This document shows positions 1-13,250 of a stretch of 64,000 nt of DNA, in pieces. Numbering within the stretch: position 1 is the first letter of the stretch; each line of letters opens with the position of its first letter. The stretch is from contig CP075492.1 in assembly GCA_021613535.1 (NCBI GenBank), forward strand, positions 8,556,001 through 8,620,000, in the 5' to 3' direction. The translations under genes were made by a program, and so were the position numbers. The notes beneath the pieces are model-generated. The model was not told where the DNA came from, did no database searches, and was given only the letters and a program-made list of their open reading frames with translations. The DNA is from Adineta vaga (Eukaryota > Animalia > Rotifera).

Positions 1-1216
1 CGGCAAAAACGAATTTTCTCTCAACGTTTGCATTGCTTGCATTTTATACATTTATATATATATTTTGTTTTTTTCTTAATTTTTCTGTTTGCATACTCTT
101 TTCGTCAATAGCGAACAGAAAGTATCAGAACAAAAATTCGCTTGAAAAGAAGAAGAAGAGAGAAAGATTAACATAATAGAAAGGAGAACCGATTTAGTGC
201 GCAAGAATATTTGACACTATATGTCAGCAATAAAACGTATATGTACAAATTTGTTTTTCATTTCTAGAGTTAAATTATTTGCTTGATTACATATGTAAAC
301 GATGAAAAGTGTACTTTTCTTCCAACAACATGTCTTCATTGTATTAATTATCAAACGATTAAAAAAAACGACTAGTTCTTTTTAGTTATTGTAAGAATTT
401 TAACGACCAGTTATGTTCTTACTGTGTACAGAAAATACTGATTAAACTATTAATAATCATAGATTTGTTTGCCTGAAGAATACAAATGCCATTTTTCGAA
501 ACGTACAAGTACTTCAATCGAAATGGTTTTGAAAGCCTTAGAAAAGCTTGCTAAGCAATTACATACAATAAAAACAAAAACGTACAAAATGAAATAGAAG
601 ACTTGATTTTAACAAAAGAAAAACATCGATGAAAAGTGTCAAACGAACATCGACATATCTTGCTAAAATTTGCTTTCCTCGAATCATGTTTATAAGCTTG
701 ATTATAACTCTATACACTCGCAACTCTTACCAGACGACTTTAAAATGTTTATTTTATTTAAAAAAAAAGAACTCTTTACAATGTCATACATCTGTCAAAA
801 CTGTCTATTTAACTTTGACATTGAAATTATGTTTAGCAGTACTTGAGAGATATAACTGATATACTTTCTAAGAATTGAATTGATTAAAATATACGCTTTG
901 TTATTCTCTATATTGAAGTTTATATCATCAAAAATGAAAGAAAGTATGACGGTCAATTATCATTTTTTAATTTTTTACACGGATATTTTGCCACGTTTTA
1001 TATTACATTTACTCTCTCTTTCCACATCATCGACGATATGTTTCCAAAGTTTATTACTTGTCATTTTCTTTCTGTTCTCTAGCTGTAACCAACGTCACGA
1101 AAATATCTTGTATCTACAGGTGGTATTTTTCTTTAGAAAGAAACAAAAAAATCCAAAACTTTCTTGACAACAACATATCTTTTTAACAAGAAAAATAAGA
1201 ACATTCTGTTATCATT

Positions 1217-2368
1217 ATGGCTCAAGTAGAAACAATCAACTATGAGACGACTATATTCACACTTAAACCAGATAATTTTGGTCCCAATAAAGCTACTTTA
1301 TTACATGCTCGAACGACGAATAATAATCAAGATCATTTCTATAAAGCCATTCTTTATTTACACGGATATAATGACTATTATTTTCAGTGAGTAATTCTCA
1401 TGTATCATTTTGAATTTCTTTTGAAAATTTAGTGATCATGTTTGTCAACAATTTCTTAATCATGGTTATGATTTTTATGCTCTTGATATGCATAAATGTG
1501 GACGATCAATTATTTCACCTGAACACGATGAATACAAACATTATTGTACTAATCTTCGAGAATATGATGAAGAAATTACGCTTGCTATTGAACATATGAT
1601 CAAACAAGCAGGAAATAAAGAAAGAAAATTATTACTTTTAGGACATTCAACAGGTTTACAACATCAAAAGTCAAATATTATTCGTTTTTCTTTTTGAATT
1701 TATTTATAGGAGGTTTAATTACTTCTTTATATGCATCAACAGGTGCTCGACGTGCTGATATCGATGCAGTGATATTAAATAGTCCTTATCTTAGTGCATT
1801 AAAGACAACATATCTTGAATCAATACTTACAGGTATTCTGATGAAATTAGGTCGATCACATACGATAGAAGACAATGGGTATGGACGATCAATCCATAAA
1901 TCTAGTCGAGGTGAATGGGATTTTGATTTAACGAAGAAACCAATTGATTATATAAGAATACATGGAACATTTCTATCTGCTGTACGAATCGTTCAAGATG
2001 ATATAATCAAACGGCGAATTACAATTCAATGTCCAATCTTATTTATGTGTTCACATCGATCGATTAAACCCGATAAAATATGGAGAAATGAATATGCGGA
2101 AGGTATAATTGACGATTAATATCGTTGTTGTCTTATTTTTGATAGACTATAAAATAATTATGTAATTTTAGCTGATCTTATACTTGATGTGCAAACAATG
2201 AAAAATGCTGCTAGTATGCTTGGTCCACAAGTAACAATTTATGAAATTGAAAATGCTAAACATGATATTTTCCTATCGAAACAATCAGTTCGTGAGAAAG
2301 CATTTGATTTAATGTTTCAATGGATTCAACAATTAGAAGATAATTGGTTAATAAAAACAACAATGTGA
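1217..2368 (+). CDS. Alpha/beta hydrolase (lysophospholipase/Hydrolase_4-like), bacterial-type, 4 exons
   Basis: Spliced translation MAQVETINYETT...AILYLHGYNDYYFH...GYDFYALDMHKCGRS...GHSTGGL (nucleophile elbow)...LNSP...ADLILDV...AKHDIFLS gives a Ser-Asp-His triad. Three GT-AG introns. Confidence 0.85.
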
Positions 2369-2644
2369 TTCGTTTTTCAATTGACAACTGATTTCTTCGA
2401 AACCATCTTTAGACTCAAAAATCATTTCTATCTATATCAATAAATGACAAAAAAATTTATTTTTTTTCCAAACAATCATTATCTATTTGTTTCTTGGTCA
2501 AAGCTTGCAGAAAACAAAAAAAAATTGTATACACATAGTTTTTGTTGAAAGTCAATAGGATGATTATACAAACTAATTCACTTATCTGTGAATATACATA
2601 ACAAGAAAAGAGAAAGAAAAATGTTATTTGTTTTTGATAAATGT

Positions 2645-4405
2645 TTAATTTTGATCATGACTATCATCATTGTTTGAATGATCTGATTCATGTCCATTTT
2701 TATCATCATCCATATCTTCATCTGCTGAATTACGACCAGTTGCTTTCTTAGTATCTTTATCACTTCCATCACTATCATTAGATTTACGACGTGATGGTTT
2801 CTAGAAGAAAGACGAGTAGAAGTTTAGGAAACAAAATCTTTGAAAAATTATCTTTTACTTGTCGATCACTTGCATTATTATCATCATTCGTTGGTTGTTC
2901 ACGTTTTGGTGAAGATGAATCTTCTTTGGAACGATTTGATGCATGATCATCATCATCTTTATCTTTCGATTCTGATCGAGATGAACGACGTTTTGAACGA
3001 TTACTTTTTTTATTACTTGGTGATTTTGATTTACTTCGACGACGTTTTGAACGTTTCTTTTCATGATCACTACCTGAATCATCTGAATCGCTTTGATCAC
3101 GTGAACCACTTCTGAAAAGAAAAGAAAACATCAATCATTCAGAGTAAAATTTATTATTTATCAACAGTACTTATGTTTACGTCTGGAACTACGATCTCGA
3201 CTACTTTCGCGACTGGAATCTCGACTAGTACGTCGTCGATGAGATGATCTAAAGATACATACATATCATCAGATCAGGCATTCTAGGCCATTCGTTTCTT
3301 ACTTCTTCTTTGAACGACCATGACTGCTACTACGAGAACGTGATCGACTAGAATATTATATACAAAAAAAATCACTAGTTTCGAAGAAAAAAACAATAAT
3401 TTCAATCTTACCGATCACGTGAACGACGACGTGGACGTCTAAAAGCATCGCTTGATTACGAAATCTTTCTAGTAGTAAAGAATATATCTTACCTGCGATC
3501 ATCATCTCGATCACCATCACTAGAAAATTTAATCAATTGCTCGAGATACTAAAAAATCGCTATTTTACTTACTCTCCACCACGAGCACCACCATGCGATG
3601 GTGCACCTCGATAATTTCCTGAACGTGCTTTCGCATGTTCAACTCGTACACGTTGTCCACATACCATACTAAATAGAAATCATCTACGTACAATTGTATC
3701 ATCGTTCCACTCTACATACCGTCCATCCATATCTGAAATGAAAGAAAAATCGATTTGATTTTAGTATAGTTGAAACAAACAAACAAAACAAATGTTAATG
3801 AAAACTTACTTCTCACAGCTGAATCGGCATCTTCACCATATTTATAAAGTACAAATGCAAATCCTGGAGGATTGCTAGAATAGATGAAAAGTGATTCAGA
3901 CGTTATCTTTCGGAAGGATGTTGATTTCAAATTAAGTGTATGTGTGTGTGTGTATGTTATTTTTTGCCGACGGAAAGAAAGAATATTAGAAGAGAAGATC
4001 ATGACGATTTCGTTAACTTGTTCCGATGGATAGAAGAGAACGAAAAAACGTAGCAGAAGTGTAGAATAATGCTGCTGATGATTTTTTTTGTCGACCAGCA
4101 CAACTGAAAGATCGGAACTTGAAATAAACACACGTGTCTCATTCTCTTTGGGAAATATATATATACATATATATAATATTAAATAGAGGTACAGTCAATG
4201 AATTGTACTTACCGTGCAACCCAACAATCCACTAAAGGTCCATATCGTTCACATTCATGTTGAAGATCAGATATATTTGTGCGTGCACCTAAATTTCCAA
4301 TAAATATACGGAATCCACCTAGATCAAATGAATAACATTTATGAAAATTTTTCATTGAAATTTTCTTTGCAAACCTTGTCGAGAATCATAGATCGGTTGA
4401 CTCAT
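2645..4405 (-). CDS. SR splicing factor, SRSF3/SRSF7 (Rbp1/9G8)-like: one RRM, RS domain and acidic tail
   Basis: RRM RIFIGNLG...DCWVAR|NPPGFAFV...GQRVRVEHAK, followed by RGG and SRSR repeats spread over many small exons. Confidence 0.88.
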
Positions 4406-4592
4406 TTTCTTTTATTATTTCAATCAAATCTGAAAGCACAATTTCGTTATATTTATATGTGATAAATAATTTTCATCCATTAATTTATTTCAATTAAACA
4501 AAAACCTCTTTGCGATTATTATAAATAAAACTGAAAAAAAACACGATTGGGTACGTTTATTTTTAGAAAGATAGATGCCGCTAAATTCTTGT

Positions 4593-6275
4593 CTACTCGT
4601 CTTTCAATACTAATAAATTCACTTTGCCTGAACCACCTCCATTTAAATATGTATCAACATCAGACGTTGGGATTTGTTTTGTTGTAACAACTTCAACTTT
4701 TGTTCCTGGTGAAACATAACGTTTCCACATTATTCCAAGAAGTTCACCTAATAAAAAAAAAAGTTGCTCATAATGATTCATGTCGAAGTATAATTTAATC
4801 TTTTTCATCTTACCAGCAACAACAGGATTGGTATTTTTAGAAATTAATCTTAAGAAAAGTATACCATCACCGCCAAGATGTCGATCAACAAATCCGTTAA
4901 ATAAATGTCTATCAGCATCAGTTAGTTCAAGTTCTAAATTGGTACGTAAATGTCGTTTTAAAAAACTACGACGGCCACGATAACTCATATTTCCAAACCA
5001 AATAATAATTCCATAGAAAGTAGCAACTGTTAAAAATATTAACCAAAACCAATAAAAAGCAAAGATTCGTTCATTATAAAGATTAACAGGTAAAGCACAT
5101 TGAATCTAAACATAATATTTTATTCTAAAAGTTCTATATCTCAACTTTCTGTACTTACTGTATAATTCAAATTATTATCACCCAAATATCGTATTGTAAA
5201 ATCACAATAAACAATTCGTGGAAAAATAAACTTATTTTCTAACCAATCTCGTCCATTAACTATTGTATAGATCACTTTTTGTCCATACGACCAATAATCA
5301 ATTTGTAGATAGTAATTGATCAAAAAGAACTGACCAATTGCATTGATTAAGTAAAGTACTTTAGTCAAGAAATAGATTCCTGTAAATTGAAAAAAAGCAA
5401 GAAACAGTTTTCCTTGATGAATTACAATAGTAAATGAATATTTCTTTCTTACCTGTTAAGGCACCTCCACCAGCAAAGAACATGCACGCAGATAGGAATC
5501 GTTTGAATAAATTGTCTGTACTGTGAACTTTTGACTTTGAATATCGGTGAGCTTTTTCGTAGTGTTTTGCTAATATTGTTAACGTTTTTTCACGCTCTTC
5601 AGTATCATTTAGATTTGTTTTTGCTACTTGATTTATCATAGCTGGAATATCAAATGTTGCGCGATGACCAACAATATGCCATAACCATGCTGGTAAATAT
5701 GTACATAAAGCAGCTATAGTTAATATATATGGAACCCAAATATAATAAGGTGTAGTACGTGAATTTCCTCCACCACGAACAAAATTACGAGTTAATGCTG
5801 TATTTTCATCAACTACAAACGAAATAATCAATATTATTCTTTTAAGAAAATTCTAAATTTGCATCTTACTGGAGTATGTATAATGAATCCAGCAATAATT
5901 ATCGACATAAGTTTGATGTGGCCCACCAAAATCAGCTGGTGGAATGCATTCAATCGGGTTACCTTAAAAGAAAATATTAAATCAACGATTACACTGATAC
6001 ACGTGAACATACCAACAAATTGCTTAGTACTGAGAACAATTGCAAAAAATCCAAGTAAAATCACAGTCCATCGATGACTATATCGGTCGAAAACATCATC
6101 ATCCTATATATGATATGAAATTGAGATACAGAAGTTATATTTTCATAATTAACTCACATTTCGACCACTTTGACCAACTTTTCCATAGATACTAAGCTAG
6201 AAACAAAGTTCATAAAGAAAATGTTCTTCGAATATGCTAATATTTGTTATTATGACTTACTAGTTCATATAACAT
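4593..6275 (-). CDS. Innexin gap-junction protein
   Basis: DDDVFDRYSHRWTV...KQFVGNPIEC...NYCW, YYIWVPYIL, FPRIVYCDF, QCALPVNLYNERIF and FVDRHLGGDGILFLRLI are innexin signature motifs. First exon is MLYEL. Confidence 0.93.
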
Positions 6276-7249
6276 GTTCTTTGTATATTCTCAAAGACCA
6301 ATGATAAATAGAACGAATGAATGGACAAATGAAATGTTAGATGTTTCTGTTTATTTTTCAAGTGAACTGATAAAGAAAAGAATAAGATAAATTGGACGAC
6401 GTGATTATATACAAATGTATATCTATTAAAAATAAACTTCATATCAGGAATACGTGCCGTAAAAATATGAATGGTATGTGAAATGGGCGAGAGAGAAAAA
6501 TGATTTGAATAGACAAAAATAAAGATCATGAAAATTGATGTAGATATTGATATCAAATAGTTTGATGAAAAGATGTCTTCAATTCTGGTGATCTTATTTG
6601 TAATTTTCGTAAACTTGAGAATTTTATATTCTTTATTTTATATTCTTTATTTTATATTAATATTTGTTTCACTTGGATAAAGAGAATCTTTTTTTTCCCC
6701 GTTATGATGGAATGTTAGATATTTAAAGATAGGTTTGACTGATAGATCAATGTATATGTGAATCTATTTCAAAATTGTTGATATGCAAAGGCTAATTGTT
6801 TTCTTTTACGATGTATTATTGAAGATAATAAAAATTCATAGAGTCTCATCATCACATATATTCGTATACATTTGTTCTTGACAATCAATATTAATCATTG
6901 TCGACTTATAACATGCTATTTCAAATCATAGAAACTGTTATAAAAGAAAGTGCAGATTTATATTAAAAATAATTCAATTTGAATCATTTAGCTCTTTCAT
7001 TAAGTGAACATAATCAATCTATATGAGAAGTGTTTTTTTTTTCGTGTAGATAGACTCAAGGCAAATCGTCATCTGATGTCTTCTCTCATGATGCATATGT
7101 TTACTTTCTCAGCATCATCATCATTGATAACTCAATCTATTCTCATCTAACATGCATAGTGCTGATTAACAATGACAATGCAACGAATCAAGGATAAAAG
7201 CGTGTTCGTTTTGATTTTGTTTTCATTAATATCATCAAAAACTTGAGAA

Positions 7250-9152
7250 ATGATTTTACAACAACGCATTCTTTTAATTGCAAGTATTACGCTTCTTGTT
7301 ACTGTTGGAAGTTTGACAGCAGCTGGACAAAATTGGGCAGTACTTGTCGCTGGTTCCAATGGTTGGTATAACTATAGACATCAATCTGATGTATGCCATG
7401 CATATCAAATTTTACATAAAAATGGTATCCCAGATTCAAATATCATTGTTATGATGTATGATGATTTAGCTAAAAACAAAGAGTAAGTGTCTTCGAAATA
7501 TTTCTCTCTCGATCTAAATAAATATTCTAATTTAAAGAAATCCAACTCCAGGTGTCATCATCAATCATCCCAATGGAAAAGATGTCTACAAAGGTGTACC
7601 ACATGATTATACTGGCAAAGTAAGACTATTCAAATGATTTCAGTCATAGAATTAATTGGTGTTTGTTTTCAGACTGTTACACCCAAAAACTTTATCAATG
7701 TTTTACTTGGCAAAAAAGATGCTATGAAAGGTGTTGGTAGCGGCAAAGTTCTTGAAAGGTATTCAATTTTTGTTTTCTTAGAGTTTTCCTTTCACATCTT
7801 TATTTACTAATTAGTGGTCCAGATGATAATGTTTTCATTTATTTCACTGATCATGGTGCTACTGGTTAGTTTTGATAATGTAACAATAGAAATATTTATT
7901 AAATTTTTCATTTAGGTCTCGTCGCTTTTCCAACTGGTGTTGTATGTATTGCTTTTAAATGTTCTTTTTTTCATAGATCGAATCGTTTTCTTTATTTTTT
8001 TCTTAGCTTTATGCAAAAGATTTAAATACAACCATTGCTCAAATGCATAGCGAAAATAAATACAAAGAAGTATGTTATTTCGTTTTGTCTTTGTTAAATA
8101 TTCATAGATCCTCGTATTATAGATGGTTATCTATATCGAAGCTTGTGAATCAGGTTCCATGCTTGAAGGTTTATTACCTGATAACATCAACATCTATGCA
8201 ACAACAGCATCCAATGCTGAAGAATCATCCTATGCCTGCTATTATGATGCAAAACGTCAAACCTACTTAGGTGACTTATATTCAGTCAATTGGATGGAAG
8301 ATTCTGATGCTGAAGATGTTACCAAAGAATCATTATTCAAACAATTTCAAGTTACAAAACAAAAAACAACTGAAAGTCATGTTATGCAATATGGTGATCT
8401 TGTATGTATCATAGTACATATTCTCTGCAACAATTTTATTATTTCTCTCTGATTTTTAAGAATCTCGGTGCAAAACATAATGTAAGTGAATTTCAAGGTG
8501 CAACCAAAAACAATAAACAATCAGTTAGCCCAGTTGTTGATCGTATGAATAGTTTACTCAAAGTAAGAATGAAAAAGAAGATAGGAAATTGTATGCAAAT
8601 GTTTTTTTTGTCATTAGCGTGATACTGTTGCTACCGTCGATGTTCGTACTTCAATTTTATCAAAACGTTTAGCTAGTTTAGCCGTTAATTCAGCTGAACG
8701 AGTTACCGTTGAACGTGAACTTAGTAATGCCATTCAAGTAAGTTTTTGTTTCCTATCGAAATATAATGAGTAGTTATGTTTTCCAATCTTTTAGCAACGT
8801 AATGTCATTTCTGCTACTATTGACAATATTGCCAAAAAAGCTTTCGAAGTTAATCGTGGTGATTATTATGAATTAGTTACTAAACAACGTATGACACTTA
8901 CTGAACATGATTGTTACAAAGATGCCACCCAACGTATCCATGAAAAATGCTTCGATATTCAAGTTTGTCCATGTTTTAATATATATTACATCTTATACGA
9001 TCGATTTTTTTTTCTATTTCTAGAATGAATATGTTTTGAATAAATTATGGATTGTTGCTAATTTATGTCAAATTGGTTTACATAGTTTTACAATCAACCA
9101 TGCAGTTGATGACGTTTGTGGTGTTCTTGGTCGACAAAAATTCGAATATTAA
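7250..9152 (+). CDS. LGMN: Legumain (asparaginyl endopeptidase, peptidase C13)
   Basis: Signal peptide; [25 protein letters not shown]; catalytic His in DHG and Cys in IEACESGS; C-terminal prodomain; about 10 short introns. Confidence 0.95.
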
Positions 9153-9843
9153 ACTGAATTTAATGTAGTTTTTGTCTTTTTATTGTAATAAAATCATACA
9201 TATAAAAAGGAGGAAAATAGTTATTTCTATAAACTTATCGTAATGATACCTAAATCATATACGAACTCCATAATCACCGATTTAGGAATTTCTAAATTTG
9301 ATCAAATCAAATCTAATTCAAATGATCTTCCTTCACTTTGATAAAGATACCAATCACACATATGAAAAAATATATATCATAGTAGTTAAATAATCTCATT
9401 GATGTATATGTACATGTGTATTCATATTAATTTATCTTATTTGATCGATTATACTAATTAAAATACAATAAATTCTTGACAAAATCACAAATTGGAATAA
9501 TTTTCATAATTGACATCATCATTCTCAAATATTCTTGGATGATAAAAGATTTCATGTAGTTTTTTTCTTATTATAAAGACTTCACTCGAATGTTAGAGTT
9601 CAATAAAGTAATGAGCCGCATGGTTATACTGACAAATTATTTTCGGACCATTAAAATTATCCATCGATTGTGTGAACAGTATTGTTTTCAAAAAGTGACA
9701 TAGTAAATATTCTTATAGTACGGATTGCTTAGTATAGTAATTATTAAAATGCTGAAAACGGACGTAGTCAAATGTTAGTTTAATCTGTTCCTCCTCTTTT
9801 TTTCTTCATAATCGTTGTTAATAAAGTAAATCTGATCAAATTT

Positions 9844-10635
9844 CTATTTAAACTGAAAAGATAAACACAATGTTAATATGAATAAATAGATTTTCAATGA
9901 CATTTGTGATGTCTTTCCTAGTAATCGACCAGATATCGTTGTAATATTATGCCGATATAAGACTTTTTTCACTGCTTCGATTGTTAATGGACCATTACAA
10001 AGCATTCGGTTGCATTTAACAGTCATCATTGCAAAACTTCCCGAATCATATATATTGACACTAGCTGATGCATGAAAACTGCGTTGACAAGAACGTCGAT
10101 GAAGTTTATACTTCACAAGATCATCAATAATTTGACATGAACCAATCATACCAGAAAGAGCACATTGACGAACAGCATCATTCGTATCAAAACATGCTAA
10201 ATCTTGTGATAAATTCGATTTATAGTGAAGTATTCTTTCAAGTTCCAAATAAATATTTGAAATATCAAATAATCGTTGTTTCATTTCGAGAATTTTCATT
10301 TCAACAAAATGACGATCACAATCATTTTCATCTTTACATACATGATTAATATCATATGAAAAAAATTTCTTTCCTGCAATTTCAATCATAATAAATTGTC
10401 TATTATCACCAAGATTTTGATCATTATTTAGATCATCGGGAAATGTAACAATGTAATTACCACGATCAAACCAAAATATAAGATTTACTGAACATCGTAT
10501 ACTTGAAATAGAAGTACAATTGGATGGTAAGACGAATGGTTGGTTCATTGAGTAAATCACCGAACAATTATTCGTACATTGTAATAGATAAACGACATGG
10601 AAAATTGAGACAAATAATAGTAATAGAAGAAACAT
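9844..10635 (-). CDS. Secreted or GPI-anchored Cys-rich protein with two LU/three-finger-like modules, intronless
   Basis: 263-aa ORF with a hydrophobic N-terminal signal, Cys modules ending CKDENDCD and CNRMLCN, and a hydrophobic C-terminal tail. Confidence 0.6.
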   Translation of the reverse strand: MFLLLLLFVSIFHVVYLLQCTNNCSVIYSMNQPFVLPSNCTSISSIRCSVNLIFWFDRGNYIVTFPDDLNNDQNLGDNRQFIMIEIAGKKFFSYDINHVCKDENDCDRHFVEMKILEMKQRLFDISNIYLELERILHYKSNLSQDLACFDTNDAVRQCALSGMIGSCQIIDDLVKYKLHRRSCQRSFHASASVNIYDSGSFAMMTVKCNRMLCNGPLTIEAVKKVLYRHNITTISGRLLGKTSQMSLKIYLFILTLCLSFQFK

Positions 10636-11269
10636 CTTTTATTCTGTTTCTATCCAAAATGGATATGACAGTATGTTCGCAATGTAAGTAAACAAAAAGA
10701 AGTTTATATATATATACATATATCTTATTATTGCAGAAAAATATCGAGCTACTTAGCAAAATGCCAGTATATCATTGTTTATCTTGTCAACCTCAATGCC
10801 ATTGTCATGATATTCAGACATTAACGGTTATATGAAGAAAGCATTGGAGAAAGTTCTTTTTCATCATCAAAGAAAAAGAAAGTTTCTTCTTTTTTGTTTT
10901 GTTTATCGAACAATTCCCATTCTCCTTATATTAAAGGAACTTTCGAACAAGAAACGTTTTTATGTCTAATGATGTGACATACTTTTACCGAATAGAACTA
11001 TTCTTAATGTTCAAATCAATTATTACATTAAAAAAAATAATGCATCAAAGATTTGTTTTCTTTCTCATCGTAATAGAACATTAATAAAATTGTCCTTCTT
11101 TAAAGAATCTTGTTATTTGATCTCTTCAAATTAAATATTGAAATGATTTTAGTTATTCTATGATGATCAATGTACGCCTGATGTTTGTTCATGAACCTTG
11201 AATCAGCACAATGATTGCAGCGACGAAGAGAATGAAAGCATTAGGTACTTGTAATGTGATGCAATAATG

Positions 11270-11515
11270 AAAGGCTGAGTGTGAGCGAACAAGAGAGAGA
11301 GAGAGCGAGAGAGCGAGAGAAAAGAAAAAAGAGCGAGTAAAAAGAAAAAGCTCGAGCTCACCGCATTCGATTAATCTTTCATCATCAAGGAGCTGTCCTT
11401 CTTCAAACTTATTTTCTGTTTGTTGTTCATCTTGAGTCTTAACAACGGTAAACATAACATAGTTTTTATTTTGAGAATCATATTGAAAAACAGATCAGCA
11501 TTCATATTATTTGGT
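11270..11515 (+). promoter_or_regulatory. Probable distal promoter and non-coding first exon of the SPOP-like gene
   Basis: GA-rich tract at about 11292-11345, then a GTATGT donor near 11514. The SPOP ATG is preceded directly by an acceptor (tatttag|tATG). Confidence 0.35.
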
Positions 11516-13250
11516 ATGTGTTAAATTTCTTTCGTTTTCACATTTCTATTCGCATAAATCAAAAGCAAAAGAAATGAACTTGAACATATGCATCAATGAA
11601 ATGACAAGAATAGAATAATAGAAAAACTGATAAAGAAAAGAGTTTGTTTTGTTCTCTACGAATAAGTCAGATTAGTTGTGTATGGTTATGTAATCAATCA
11701 ATGTTTATAATCATTTCTTGTATAAAAAAGAAGGGCAGATGTATATATAGTAATACAATAGAATGAGTCTGACAGATGCTGTGTAAACTTTTCATTTAGA
11801 TCGACATTGAGATCTAATAAGGATCATATCATTGTATGAAAACCTCGTTACCGTCTAGTATTCAGATGTTTATTAAATTAGCGAATAGATATATTTTGAC
11901 ATGAATGAATACGAATCACAATATTAGTTTAAAAAACCTTTTAACTTGTGAAGTTTGAGAATTATTTTATCAGAACACGTTTATATATTGTTCAGTTGTT
12001 AAGAATACAAATAATTTCCTGTTCGTGTTAGTTTTAATTGCATGACAAAGTTAGGTTTTTTTTTCTCTTCAGAATCTGTTAGTAAATAATTAATGTATTT
12101 CGACAACTGTTATCTATAAAACTTATTTATTCGAAAAGTAATTGATATATTAACTGAATAAAACCTTTGTAGTATCGACAAATTATGATTATCTTTGTTT
12201 TTCGATGATAATAACAACGATAATACAAGTTATTATTCTTATTCATGAAATTCACAAAAAAGAAATTGAATATTCAATCAATTTAATAGCAAAAGAAGAA
12301 GACATGATAAATTACATTAGTATATTTCTCGTGCCTCTAAGTAATCTGTAGTATCGATATTATTAATGAGAGAAGAATGTAATGCTAACAGAGTATTATG
12401 ACATCCTATAAAGAACGAGAATAGTGAATGATAGAATAATAATCATAATCATAATCATAATAATATCGTCGACGACGAGACTATAGTATAAGCATCATTT
12501 GTCTAAATAGTTGATAACGAGATTCTATTCTACGTATCCTACTGGTAGTTGACAATAGTTCTATATATTGGCAGCATGAGATCGATAGATAACAGATTTT
12601 GTACATTTGATTGAATATCATCGTCATTATTTTTCCACTAATCATGACAACTGAGATTAATCTCGTCCTCGACAATGCTACAGATGTGCTTTTAGATTTG
12701 CCTGAATTCGTGGACAAGACTAATCAACGCATGTAAACGTGTCTAGCCCTTCATTCCGTATTTATTTGACAAGTACACATCTATCGAACTAATTATGTAT
12801 ACACATATATATATGTATATCTAAACTTGTCTGCTCATAACTTACAATCTCAGTGTCATCTAATGTCTATCGTTCTCATTTTATATGTTCAAAAAACGAA
12901 TGAGGTATAATATCAGTTTGTGAAGAAAAAAGAGAGGAAGAGAATGAGAAGCGTAAGCAATAATCAGTGAAGCGTTCGATTGACGCATCCTATGTATCGG
13001 CGATACTTACAGAAGAAAGAATGGCTTGCTCATTATTCTGTCTGTGACCCTCAGCTTTTTTCCACAAGCATGGGCAAAAACGAAGAAAAAAAAAGAAGAA
13101 GAAGAAGAAAGAGTAATGCGAACTGCCTAAGCAACTAGATAGATATATATATATATATATACATATATACATACTTCCATTTATTCTCTTGATTCATTCA
13201 TCTATTAAAAACCATTTAATATTGACTATTTCTTCTTTTATCTATTTAGT

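Noticed and set aside
629-1167. Short ORFs of 76 and 95 aa upstream of the hydrolase
   Set aside because: Low-complexity F/L/I/K-rich translation of AT-rich intergenic DNA, with no motifs.
3712-4131. 139-aa ORF reading through the SR intron in frame with NPPGFAF
   Set aside because: Non-ATG start and it includes a microsatellite-derived THTH run; better explained as an open intron frame.
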